The notes beneath the pieces are model-generated. The model did not search any database and was not told the origin of the DNA. It was given only the letters and a program-made list of their open reading frames with translations. This document shows positions 39,505 through 48,164 of a stretch of 64,000 bases of DNA, piece by piece. The position numbers and the translations under genes are program-made. The stretch's first letter is position 1. Each line of letters begins with the position of its first letter. The stretch is from Syntrophaceae bacterium UBA2188 (GTDB lineage: Bacteria; Desulfobacterota; BSN033; UBA1163). The stretch lies in contig DCVM01000012.1 in the NCBI GenBank assembly GCA_002327985.1, positions 29-64,028 on the forward strand, given 5' to 3'.

Positions 39505-39583
39505 TTTTTAAAATAAAAAAAAAGTGCTGTCAAGCTAAATTTTACTTAAATTTCTTTCATCCTCTTTCATTTCAAGTCCTGCC

Positions 39584-40198
39584 TTAGGCTTTGGGTGGTA
39601 GGGAAACAAGCTTCCCGCTCACCTCCAGAATATGGACCATCACCCCCTTTAAGGCTTCGAGGATACCTAAATAAATGGGTGAGGATTTGGGCACGCAGAT
39701 TCCTTGAATCAACCTCTCCTCATGTTCTTCGGAGTAGCCATTCGCAATTTTAAATATGGACCTCACCTCCTCTCCAATTCGCTGAGCCAGAAGCTTGTTC
39801 TGGGTAGTGATGAGATCCGGAAGGTTTTCCAAAAGTCTCATGGCTTCTTGAAATACATCATTCACTTCTTTGACTGCCCGATCACTAAAAAGGTTATGAT
39901 GTTGAGACTTGGCTTTGAGTCGATCAAAAATCCCCTCAATATTGTAAGTCATACGGTCCAAACTGGAGGCGATCGAGAGATAAGGCTTTGCCCACTCCCT
40001 CCCTTTTTCGCTCGACGGACTCTTTGAAATAATGAAACTGGTCAACTCTGAGGAATATTGATGAATCTTATCTTTCACTATCTCTGCCTCTGTAAAGGGT
40101 TTCTCCGAAGGTCCTCGAAATCCCTCGAAAGCCAATTCCAACATCTTCATCAGACCCTGACAAACCAGAACCATCTTCTCCATGATCTCTTTGTCCAT
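39584..40198 (-). CDS. hypothetical all-helical protein, possibly PhoU/DUF47-like
   Basis: 204 aa, predicted helical, weak PhoU-like patterning; no phosphate transporter nearby; assignment tentative. Confidence 0.3.
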   Translation of the reverse strand: MDKEIMEKMVLVCQGLMKMLELAFEGFRGPSEKPFTEAEIVKDKIHQYSSELTSFIISKSPSSEKGREWAKPYLSIASSLDRMTYNIEGIFDRLKAKSQHHNLFSDRAVKEVNDVFQEAMRLLENLPDLITTQNKLLAQRIGEEVRSIFKIANGYSEEHEERLIQGICVPKSSPIYLGILEALKGVMVHILEVSGKLVSLPPKA

Positions 40199-40262
40199 CT
40201 TTCTTCCCCTTTCTGCAACTGGAAGATCCCCACAGCCTGATTTAGATCATACAGCCTAAAAC

Positions 40263-41513
40263 CTAAAACAGGTTCAATTGATCCTTCGATGCGTCCCCTC
40301 TTTTTTTCTCAGGGAAAAGATTGATTTTCCCATAAGCCCCGTCATGGCCTGGAACAATCGAAACTTTTTCCTGCCTCATTCGGATAATTCCCTCTAAGAT
40401 AGCGGGGGAAACAAATGAAGCCAATTCGTCAGGCGTGGCATCGAGGAGGATCCTAAATTCCGGACCTCCTCGATCAATCAATCTTTCATATTCAGACTCC
40501 ACTGCCTTGGTCCCCACTCCAACATCCAATGCCTCCGCGACGATCTCCTCCAATGGAATAAGGTGAATGGAGGGGATGGCATGCTTCGGAATAAAGCTTT
40601 CTGGACGATCAGCCAATTCCTCCACCCGATGCATCACCCCAACGGTCAACTTCTTATGACAGTTCGGGCAGAGATACTGATTTGCCTTGGTTTGAGAAGG
40701 AGAAAAGATCACACCACATTGACGATGACCATCATAATGATATTTCCCCTCCTCTGGAAAGAATTCGATGGTGAAGAGTAGTTTCCTTGGGTCTTTCTTT
40801 CGAATGGCCTCCGCGATCTCTCGATAATCCAATGCACAATCGAAGGCATTGGCTTCCCTTCCCAACCGGTTTGGGGAGTGGGCATCGGAATTGGAGAGGA
40901 GGGTAATGGAATCAAGGGCTGACCATCTCCAGTTCATCTCCGGATCTGAAGAGAGGCCTGTCTCGATGGCATGGATATGAGGAGATATCTCTCCATAACA
41001 TTCTTGAATGGAATCGAATCCTGAATTGGCTCCAAAGATTGAAAACCAGGGGGTCCAGGCATGGGCAGGAATGATCAGGCAATCCGCCGAAATATCTAAA
41101 ATCATCTTTGCCAATTCTTTTGCTGAAAAACTAAAAATGGGTCTCCCATCTGACGAGAGTTTCCCAAGGTTTCCCAATTTAGAACGAATCGTCTCAACCA
41201 CTTCGAAGCTGGGGGCAAAAATGAGGGTGTGGATCCGCCTACCCTTGCCCTCCTGAGAGTAAATGTTGCTCACTTCAGCCGTCAAAATATACTGGACGCG
41301 CTCATCTCCCTTGATCAGTTTAAGAAGACCATTCCCCAAAGGTTCCAATTTTGACCGCAACTCGGCGAAATAGGTCGGATGGGTAAAGTCTCCTGTGCCG
41401 AGAAGAGCGATTCCCTTTTTCTTTGCCCATCGAGCAAGGTTCTCCACCTCCATCTCCTTGCTTGTGGCCCGACTGAACTTAGAATGAAGATGAAAATCAG
41501 CAATAAACCGCAT
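40263..41513 (-). CDS. PHP-domain protein, endonuclease Q (EndoQ/TIGR00375)-like
   Basis: N-terminal PHP metal site ADFHLHSKFSRATS, further His/Asp ligands (PAHAWTPWFS, NSDAHS), internal zinc finger CPNCHKK...HRVEE; 416 aa. Confidence 0.55.
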   Translation of the reverse strand: MRFIADFHLHSKFSRATSKEMEVENLARWAKKKGIALLGTGDFTHPTYFAELRSKLEPLGNGLLKLIKGDERVQYILTAEVSNIYSQEGKGRRIHTLIFAPSFEVVETIRSKLGNLGKLSSDGRPIFSFSAKELAKMILDISADCLIIPAHAWTPWFSIFGANSGFDSIQECYGEISPHIHAIETGLSSDPEMNWRWSALDSITLLSNSDAHSPNRLGREANAFDCALDYREIAEAIRKKDPRKLLFTIEFFPEEGKYHYDGHRQCGVIFSPSQTKANQYLCPNCHKKLTVGVMHRVEELADRPESFIPKHAIPSIHLIPLEEIVAEALDVGVGTKAVESEYERLIDRGGPEFRILLDATPDELASFVSPAILEGIIRMRQEKVSIVPGHDGAYGKINLFPEKKRGDASKDQLNLF

Positions 41514-41621
41514 ACCCTATGCACCTAAAATTCGAAGCACGAAATCCGAAATACGAAATCATCTCAAATGTCGAACAAACATTTCATGGCCTTCCCTTTT
41601 TCCTCGATTCTCTAACTCCAC

Positions 41622-41990
41622 TTACTCAATGGGTCCTTTTAATTCTTTTACCATCATACAGCTCATATTCCCCCTCTCTGACGAAACCCCCTGAAGCATT
41701 CCTTCTTTTTGAGTTCTCAGCCCGCAATAGCCCCACCCTCCTTCCAAAATTTGACATTGATTGACACAGACCTGCCAAAGGAGTCCTGATCTATTTCGAG
41801 GAGGGGTGGTTACCAAATAGAATGGTTCCCGGGAGGAACGATGCGTATTCTCAATGAAAAGTTTAATGTTCTCCTTTCCTGATCGAAGGCAATGGATACA
41901 GACCGGGAGGGCTTCAGAAAGAAGGCTCACCTCTTTCCCGCAAGTGAGGCACTCTTTTCCCCATTGGGCCTTAGCCTTTTTATAAACCAC
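41622..41990 (-). CDS. small Cys-rich protein resembling the N-terminal zinc-ribbon region of PFL-activase/AmrS-type radical SAM enzymes; lacks CxxxCxxC (possible gene remnant)
   Basis: CLTCGK...CIHC plus CVNQCQILEGGWGYCGLRTQKEGML, compared with CGLCHHRCTI...GLCGVRENREGKLY in the AmrS at 60094-61143; ORF stops before any radical SAM core. Confidence 0.35.
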   Translation of the reverse strand: MVYKKAKAQWGKECLTCGKEVSLLSEALPVCIHCLRSGKENIKLFIENTHRSSREPFYLVTTPPRNRSGLLWQVCVNQCQILEGGWGYCGLRTQKEGMLQGVSSERGNMSCMMVKELKGPIE

Positions 41991-42262
41991 TCTTTTACCC
42001 CGTTAAGAAACCCCGAACAATTACTTGGAAATTAAAGGTTCCGTTCAACGGTGACGATGCCCGTATCGTTAATAAAAGGTTACGTTTAACGTCCTCTTCA
42101 TTCTTTGGCTGGTACCTTAACCGATTACCGAAACGGGCTTCGTAGCCTTTGCCTTAACCCGAACCACTGTAGTATTTTCATGGTCCGCGCCTGTCTGCCG
42201 GTAGGCAGGGGTGACCACGTGGCCATCATGGGTAATTAATTTCCTTCCCTCACAAATGGGGT

Positions 42263-42520
42263 TTACTCCACGACTTTATAAACAACGTCGTGTTCCCTCA
42301 CTTTGTCCTTCACCTTGATCCCGATATCTGCCCCCGGCCCTGCTTCCTGAACATTGATGTTCTCAATCTGCATCGAATCGATGGTTTGTGTGACATCGGT
42401 CGTATGTCCAACAATATGGATGGTATCCCCGACCTTTAATGAACCCTCTGATAAGCGTATCGCCGCGACACTAATCTTTCCAAAATATTTGATGATTTCT
42501 CCCACTTTCTTCTCTTCCAT
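42263..42520 (-). CDS. standalone EF-Tu domain-2-like beta-barrel protein
   Basis: 85 aa; pattern G.I..AAIRLSEGSLKVGDTIHIVG...T.SMQIE...V.EAGPGADIGIKVK matches GTP_EFTU_D2 barrel (compare GTVVTGRVERGxxKVGDEVEIVG...V.SIEMF...EAxAGDNVG). Confidence 0.5.
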   Translation of the reverse strand: MEEKKVGEIIKYFGKISVAAIRLSEGSLKVGDTIHIVGHTTDVTQTIDSMQIENINVQEAGPGADIGIKVKDKVREHDVVYKVVE

Positions 42521-42535
42521 CTTTTTCCTCCTTTC

Positions 42536-43582
42536 TTAAGCGTTCATGTCAATTCCTATTCTCCTGATCGCTTCAAAAACTTCATCCATCTCTATAGCTC
42601 TCAGGCATTCAAAGTCCTTACACTGAAAAAATCGCTCTTGAGGGCAAGGAGAGCAGGGCATTCCCCTCCGAACCACAGCCGTCTTTTCCCCCCTCGGTGA
42701 CCAAACCATGTGATTCGATGGCCCGAAGATGGCAATCGTCGGAATCCCTAAGGCCGCAGCCATATGAGAAATCCCAGAATCATTTCCGATATAAAACCAG
42801 CTCCCTTCCATGACGGAGGCCAGTTGGAGAAGGGTAAGCCCCTTTGCGATGATGAGTTGATTGGAACTCACCTCTTCAAAGACCTGCTCAACTTCTCTCC
42901 CCTCAGCCGGACCAAGAACAATGAGAATTTTGGAGTTGAGGCGATCTTGTAGAGTACGAGTCAGGTTTAAAAATTGATCCAGAGGCCAAACTTTTTTTTT
43001 GCTTCCACTGCCAGGATGGAGGATGACCCCTTTCGATCGTTCTGCCTGAGTCACCCCTTTGCTTTTCCAGTAATCCCTGGCCCATTGTCGATCCGACTCT
43101 TTCAAATGAAGTCTGGGATTCGATTCCGAGTTGTGAAGCCCAAACTGGTCCAATTGTTTGAGAAGATGATCTGTTACATGAACCTGCTTATCCCAGGGTG
43201 GAAAGGAATTGATGTGAAGGAGCCGACCCTGGCAAACCCTTCTCAGGTTCGCCATGACCGCTCCTTCTCCATCTTTTCCAAACATGACAATCAGATCGAA
43301 TGTTTTGAAAAATTGAGACAGAGGAAAGTCTAAAAATCCATCTCGAACAAAAAAAGTCGCCATTCCCTTTTGATCGATAGAGAGAATTTCATCGGCATAA
43401 TGTCGCTTTTCAACCAACTCCAGAATTCTCGGGTATCCCATCATGGCGGATCGGGCATAGGGAAAGGCCTTTCGAAGGGTTTCGAGGGCAGGCAAAGCAA
43501 GGATGAAATCACCCAAGGCACCCTGGTGAATCACCAAAATGGATGACACCCCGGATGCCTGGTTCGAATGGGAAGGAATCAT
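42536..43582 (-). CDS. glycosyltransferase family 9 (ADP-heptose:LPS heptosyltransferase-like)
   Basis: ILVIHQGALGDFILALPALETLRKAFP N-terminal motif and C-terminal GNDSGISHMAAALGIPTIAIFGPS. Confidence 0.8.
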   Translation of the reverse strand: MIPSHSNQASGVSSILVIHQGALGDFILALPALETLRKAFPYARSAMMGYPRILELVEKRHYADEILSIDQKGMATFFVRDGFLDFPLSQFFKTFDLIVMFGKDGEGAVMANLRRVCQGRLLHINSFPPWDKQVHVTDHLLKQLDQFGLHNSESNPRLHLKESDRQWARDYWKSKGVTQAERSKGVILHPGSGSKKKVWPLDQFLNLTRTLQDRLNSKILIVLGPAEGREVEQVFEEVSSNQLIIAKGLTLLQLASVMEGSWFYIGNDSGISHMAAALGIPTIAIFGPSNHMVWSPRGEKTAVVRRGMPCSPCPQERFFQCKDFECLRAIEMDEVFEAIRRIGIDMNA

Positions 43583-43600
43583 CGTTTTCTTTTTCTTTGG

Positions 43601-44356
43601 TCAGGAGATGTTTTCCAATCGCTTCCGAATGTGATGATCATCGGGGGTGATCTGAAGAATCTTTCGATATTCTCTTCTTGCCTCTTTCCATCTTTTCTGA
43701 TCCTCATACAGAACACCCAAATTGATCCTGGCAAAAAGATAGTTGGGATTGATACGAAGGGCCTTCTTCAATTCAAGGATAGCCTCTCCATATCGCTTCC
43801 GATCACTGTAAAGAAGAGCTAAATGATAACGGAGATCGGCATACCGGGGGTTCAAGTGGACCGCCTTTTTCATGCAGCGAAGGGCCTCCTGGGTTCGGCT
43901 CATGAGGCCATAAGTATAACTGAGATTGGCATATCCCATTCCCGCAGAGGCATCGATCTTTAACGCTTTTTGGAATTCCTGAATGGCCTTTGGGTAAGCT
44001 CCCTGATAATAATAGACCGTCCCAAGATTCATATGAAAAATAAACGTATCGGGTTTTAACCTAACAGCCTTTCTGAGCTCTTTGATGGCCTGTGCAAATT
44101 TTCCTCTTTGAGCAAGATAGAGACCGACGAAATTGTGAAATTGGTACAAAAAACCCAAATGGAGATGGGCCTCTCGATACTTTGGGTTGAGGCGGAGGGC
44201 CTCTAACAAATGAACCTCAGCTTTTTCCATCTGTCCATGGGCCATGAGGAGGAGAGCTAACTGATTTCGGAGGTCTGCGTAATGGGGATGCATTCGGACC
44301 TCTTGTTCGATCTCCCCCAAAATTCGCTTATAGGTTGGATTCCATCTTAAGCTCAT
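43601..44356 (-). CDS. tetratricopeptide (TPR) repeat protein
   Basis: At least six 34-aa TPR units (AxxxLGxxYxxxGxYxxAIxxxxKALxLxP...); start uncertain because of overlap with 44328-44684. Confidence 0.7.
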   Translation of the reverse strand: MSLRWNPTYKRILGEIEQEVRMHPHYADLRNQLALLLMAHGQMEKAEVHLLEALRLNPKYREAHLHLGFLYQFHNFVGLYLAQRGKFAQAIKELRKAVRLKPDTFIFHMNLGTVYYYQGAYPKAIQEFQKALKIDASAGMGYANLSYTYGLMSRTQEALRCMKKAVHLNPRYADLRYHLALLYSDRKRYGEAILELKKALRINPNYLFARINLGVLYEDQKRWKEARREYRKILQITPDDHHIRKRLENIS

Positions 44357-44684
44357 CCTTTTCTTCCTTCTTTCCGCCTTTATCCTTCTTGACTTCAACG
44401 GGAATCCACTGGCCTCTTTCCTTTCTCCAATTGAGGAGCTGAAAAATAACGTCACTCACTCCTGGAATGCTCCTCACCTTCTTTTCCAAGGAAAAAAGGG
44501 TATTCATCACTAAGTTTTTTCGTTTCTCTTCATCCCAGTCTTTGGAAGAATGAGGGACCTCAAAAATCCCTCGAATGTAAACCACTCCCTTGACCGTTCC
44601 GAAATCCATTCGAGAAGAATCGATGTTGGTTCGGATTAATACTCGCCGGAGATGAGATTGAATAACAAAGTCCTCTTTTAACAC
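44328..44684 (-). CDS. hypothetical small protein (possibly BON-like), immediately downstream of a receiver domain
   Basis: 118 aa ORF 6 nt after the response-regulator gene; segments VKGVVYIRGIF and IPGVSDVIFQL are weakly reminiscent of BON domains; low-complexity K/E tail. Confidence 0.35.
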   Translation of the reverse strand: MLKEDFVIQSHLRRVLIRTNIDSSRMDFGTVKGVVYIRGIFEVPHSSKDWDEEKRKNLVMNTLFSLEKKVRSIPGVSDVIFQLLNWRKERGQWIPVEVKKDKGGKKEEKDELKMESNL

Positions 44685-44690
44685 GACCTT

Positions 44691-45101
44691 CTAATCAATG
44701 TCTTCTAATTTTAAGGATGGATCAGGACCTTCTTCCAACGCTCTCTTGATCGCATCTAACAACTCTTCAGGATCGTAAGGTTTCTTAATATAGAAACGGG
44801 CTCCCAAGGCCATGGCCTTGTCCTCTGCATTCTTTTCTGGGCTCCCGGTGAGGAAGATAACGGGAATGGTAAAGGTGTGGATGGACCGTTTTAATCTCTG
44901 CCCAACACTGAACCCATCCCCGGCGGGCATTCGAATATCGAGAATGATGAGATCGGGCTTCTCTTTATGGGCGACGAAAACACCCTGGGCCCCGTCAAAG
45001 GCGGTGACCACTTCATATCCAGCTCCTTGAAGTCGAATCATCAGTGCCTTAACGATATCTCTCTCATCATCCACAACGAGAATCTTTTTTTTCTGTCCCA
45101 T
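44691..45101 (-). CDS. single-domain response regulator (CheY-like receiver)
   Basis: KILVVDDE...DLIILDIRMP...phospho-acceptor Asp, conserved Thr/Lys (FLTGS, KKPYD). Confidence 0.85.
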   Translation of the reverse strand: MGQKKKILVVDDERDIVKALMIRLQGAGYEVVTAFDGAQGVFVAHKEKPDLIILDIRMPAGDGFSVGQRLKRSIHTFTIPVIFLTGSPEKNAEDKAMALGARFYIKKPYDPEELLDAIKRALEEGPDPSLKLEDID

Positions 45102-45121
45102 ATTTTCCTCATTCTACAGGT

Positions 45122-46426
45122 TCAATCCCTATTCTCCCCTTCTTCCATGCTCTTCCAATAAGGGGAATCCCCATCCAGCCAAGTCAACATTTCATCTCTT
45201 TTGTTTTCAAACATGGCCATCTCTTTCTTTTCGATCGGCGTCCCGGGCATGAAGGTTTCTTTCAAGGGATTCCGGAATTGACCGTCTTTGGCTAATCGAT
45301 AGTCCAGATGAGGTCCGGTGGAAAGACCGGTCGATCCGACATACCCGATGATCTGCTTCTGTTTCACCTTGACTCCTTTTCTGGTCCCAGACCCGAACCG
45401 AGAAAGATGGCCATAAGAAGTGGTATACCCATTCGTATGCCGGAGGATCACCTGGTTCCCGTATCCACCATTCCACCCGCAGAAGGTTACGGTTCCATCT
45501 GCCACAGCCCATATGGGTGTCCCAGATGGAGCCGCATAATCCACCCCATAATGAGGCCTCACCCCTCCCAGAATTGGATGTTTTCGTGCCCGGCTGAATC
45601 TCGAACTGATCCGGTTAAACCGTAAAGGGGCCTTCAAAAATGCCTTTTTCGAAGAAATTCCTTTTTCATTATAATAACCATCTTGATATCGGATCCCTCT
45701 GATCACCCTTTCTCCACTCTGATATTCGACGGCTCGAATGGTTCCATACTGAATGAACTGATCTCCTTTATAAATCTTTTCCACCACTACTTTAAATCGA
45801 TCCCCTTCACGAACATCCTTATAAAAATCAATCTCCCAGGCCAGGAGCTCAGCGAAGGCGAGGGTCAAGGGGTCCTGTTCTCCGGCGGCATCCATCGCCT
45901 CAAAAAGGGACGAACGAATTTCTCCCACCACCTTCGTCATCCGTGTTTCGAGGAGAACTTCCTTCCTTTGAGCCACATATCCGTAGGAACCTTTTTCAAT
46001 CTTATAAATCTCTACGGGGCTCGCTTCATAAATAAATTTTACCATCTCACCCTCCTCATCCGTGATGAAACGGTAAGAAACCCCGCTTTGGATCTTTTTA
46101 AAATCCACATGAGGCTTCAAGGTCGAAATGATCAAATCAATCCATTTGAGTGGAATGTTCTTCTTCGATAAGGACTGAAAAAGAGTGCCTCGTTCCTTCA
46201 CCTCCCCTTCAATGGTACAGAGTTGAGGCTCCCGGGAAACTGGAGCGCTGGGCTCTGGAGGAACCGCAGGGGGAGGTGAAAAGAAGTAAGGGAGTATCAA
46301 AAAGTAGATGAAAAGGAAAAACCCCGCCAGAAAAGCCCCTGAAAGAAGAATCCGTTTCCTCCTCTTTCTTTTGGCCTCAAAAGGTCGTCCCCTGTTGGGA
46401 TTTAGTTTTTGCAAATCAGCACTCAT
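45122..46426 (-). CDS. M23 family metallopeptidase (murein endopeptidase, MepM/NlpD-like)
   Basis: HYGVDYAAPSGTPIWAVADGTV...GYGNQVILRHTNGYTTSYGHLS catalytic LytM motifs; N-terminal TM anchor. Confidence 0.85.
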   Translation of the reverse strand: MSADLQKLNPNRGRPFEAKRKRRKRILLSGAFLAGFFLFIYFLILPYFFSPPPAVPPEPSAPVSREPQLCTIEGEVKERGTLFQSLSKKNIPLKWIDLIISTLKPHVDFKKIQSGVSYRFITDEEGEMVKFIYEASPVEIYKIEKGSYGYVAQRKEVLLETRMTKVVGEIRSSLFEAMDAAGEQDPLTLAFAELLAWEIDFYKDVREGDRFKVVVEKIYKGDQFIQYGTIRAVEYQSGERVIRGIRYQDGYYNEKGISSKKAFLKAPLRFNRISSRFSRARKHPILGGVRPHYGVDYAAPSGTPIWAVADGTVTFCGWNGGYGNQVILRHTNGYTTSYGHLSRFGSGTRKGVKVKQKQIIGYVGSTGLSTGPHLDYRLAKDGQFRNPLKETFMPGTPIEKKEMAMFENKRDEMLTWLDGDSPYWKSMEEGENRD

Positions 46427-46466
46427 CTTTTCAAACGTTCAACGCATAGCTCTGAATTCTTTCCGA

Positions 46467-47453
46467 TCATCCACTCTCCCTCAAAAAATGGGCAGCGTCT
46501 TCAGGAGGTGTCGGATTAACAAAGAAACCCGTTCCCCATTCAAAGCCTTCTCGTAACCCAATCCGTAATCGAGTCTCGATATGCCAGTGGTATTCTGGAC
46601 GATGGAATCGACTCTGAATCGGAGAAGTATGAAAGGTCAAACTATAGGGTGGATCAGAAAGGAGTTTTAAAAAACTATGGAACAACGACTGAATTCCAAT
46701 AGAAAGATCGGCCATCTCTTCTTGGGTGATGCGATGAAAATCAGGGGAGTGAACCTTTGGGACAATCCAGGCTTCAAACGGGTAGCGTGAAGCGAAGGGG
46801 GAAAAGATCAAGAAGTGGACGGTTTCCAGTATCACCCTCTTCTTCATCGAGATTTCTTCTTTGACAATGTCACAGAAAATGCATCGCTCTTTCCGTTGAT
46901 AGTAATCTAAGGTCCCCCAGATCTCTTCGTCAATTCTCTTCGGGATGACCGGCATGGCCATGATGTGGGAATGGGGATGACGGTTAAAAATGCCCGGATG
47001 ATTCTTCAGAATGAGAAACTGCTCAAATCGCTGATCCTTCTCCAGGTCGATGAGCCTTTCCTGATAGGCTAAAAGAATTTTTTCGATCTGCTTCGGTTCC
47101 ATCGTCGCAAGACCCTGATGGTGTTCAGGGGATTCCACAACAATCTCATGAGCCCCGATGGCTTCCATAAGATCGTACATCCCATTGGGTCTTCGGTCGA
47201 AGTCCCCTTCGATATGGAAAAAGGGAAATTTATTGGGAATGACTCGGACAGACCAATCTCTTTCTTGACGGCTTAAAGAAAAAGTAGGGGGGGGAGTCAT
47301 TCCCTCATTCCCTGGGCAGAAAGGGCAGGGGTCTTTTGCCTCTTGAGGTTGATAGGGGGGTTTGAAAGGGAGGTAATCCATGGGGCCTTTCGGGTGATCA
47401 TTGGTCACCACCACCCACATCCTTGTCACCGGCTCTCTTCTCAGTTCTGCCAT
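46467..47453 (-). CDS. galactose-1-phosphate uridylyltransferase family (HIT-like nucleotidyltransferase)
   Basis: CPFCPGNE zinc motif and HxHxH-type HIT histidines (HPHSHIMAMP). Confidence 0.75.
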   Translation of the reverse strand: MAELRREPVTRMWVVVTNDHPKGPMDYLPFKPPYQPQEAKDPCPFCPGNEGMTPPPTFSLSRQERDWSVRVIPNKFPFFHIEGDFDRRPNGMYDLMEAIGAHEIVVESPEHHQGLATMEPKQIEKILLAYQERLIDLEKDQRFEQFLILKNHPGIFNRHPHSHIMAMPVIPKRIDEEIWGTLDYYQRKERCIFCDIVKEEISMKKRVILETVHFLIFSPFASRYPFEAWIVPKVHSPDFHRITQEEMADLSIGIQSLFHSFLKLLSDPPYSLTFHTSPIQSRFHRPEYHWHIETRLRIGLREGFEWGTGFFVNPTPPEDAAHFLRESG

Positions 47454-47463
47454 GGCCCTCTCC

Positions 47464-48051
47464 TTAAGAAAGAAGGGATTGGTAAATATATTGCCTTCCC
47501 CGATGAGACTCTTCCTTCCCTACCATCGGCCTTTCCATTCGAACGACCAGGCGCTTCTTATAAAGATTGAGAAGCCGGGTGCCTCCTGTGTTCATTTCAA
47601 TTCCCTCTTCCTCGGAAAGTTCCCTCAGCGTCAGCTGCCTTTTCTTCATCACCTGGTTTAAGGTGTGGGACAAATAATTATTCAGAGAACCAATGATTTG
47701 CCATCCATCCGCCCCCGTGGTCAGTACCGCCAATTTTTTTCTTTCCAAGGCAACACTGATGTTTTCCGCTTGGGAGGGGTTAAGGTTTTTCAGGACAAGA
47801 AATTTCTCTCCATATTCACCGCTCCACAACCGGGAAATCATTTTGGCCACGACTTCATCAGCCCAGGAAAAATCGATAGGCCCCATTCCTGAAAAATCAA
47901 GGACGACTCGGAGCACTCCCTTCTCCTCTCCTAAAACCTTTTCAATGGCCTCTCGAATCCGCACGCCCCGGGCCCGGCCTGTCATCTCTCTCGATCCGTT
48001 CTTCAAAAGTGTGTGGGGAAGCTTCCTTAAGGTCAGGGTCCGTTTTTCCAT
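47464..48051 (-). CDS. hypothetical protein with STAS-like (DUF4325-like) N-terminal half
   Basis: VLRVVLDFSGMGPIDFSWADEVV resembles STAS/DUF4325 anti-sigma-antagonist-like fold; assignment tentative. Confidence 0.4.
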   Translation of the reverse strand: MEKRTLTLRKLPHTLLKNGSREMTGRARGVRIREAIEKVLGEEKGVLRVVLDFSGMGPIDFSWADEVVAKMISRLWSGEYGEKFLVLKNLNPSQAENISVALERKKLAVLTTGADGWQIIGSLNNYLSHTLNQVMKKRQLTLRELSEEEGIEMNTGGTRLLNLYKKRLVVRMERPMVGKEESHRGRQYIYQSLLS

Positions 48052-48164
48052 TCTTTCCCTTCAATTGATTCAGTTGAATCAACTAATCATAAATCGGATC
48101 GAATGTCAAGTCCTTTTTAAAGACCGTTTAAAAGAGCGATGAAAAACCGGGTGGAAGAATCCTT

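Noticed and set aside
39584-40198. Confident PhoU assignment for the 204-aa helical protein
   Set aside because: There is only weak patterning and no adjacent phosphate transporter. It is kept as a tentative PhoU/DUF47-like protein.
41991-42262. Possible cobalamin riboswitch (ACCACTG resembles the B12 box GCCACTG)
   Set aside because: It is a single near-match on the strand opposite to any downstream gene. The other conserved cobalamin-riboswitch elements are not evident. It is retained only as an unexplained structured spacer.
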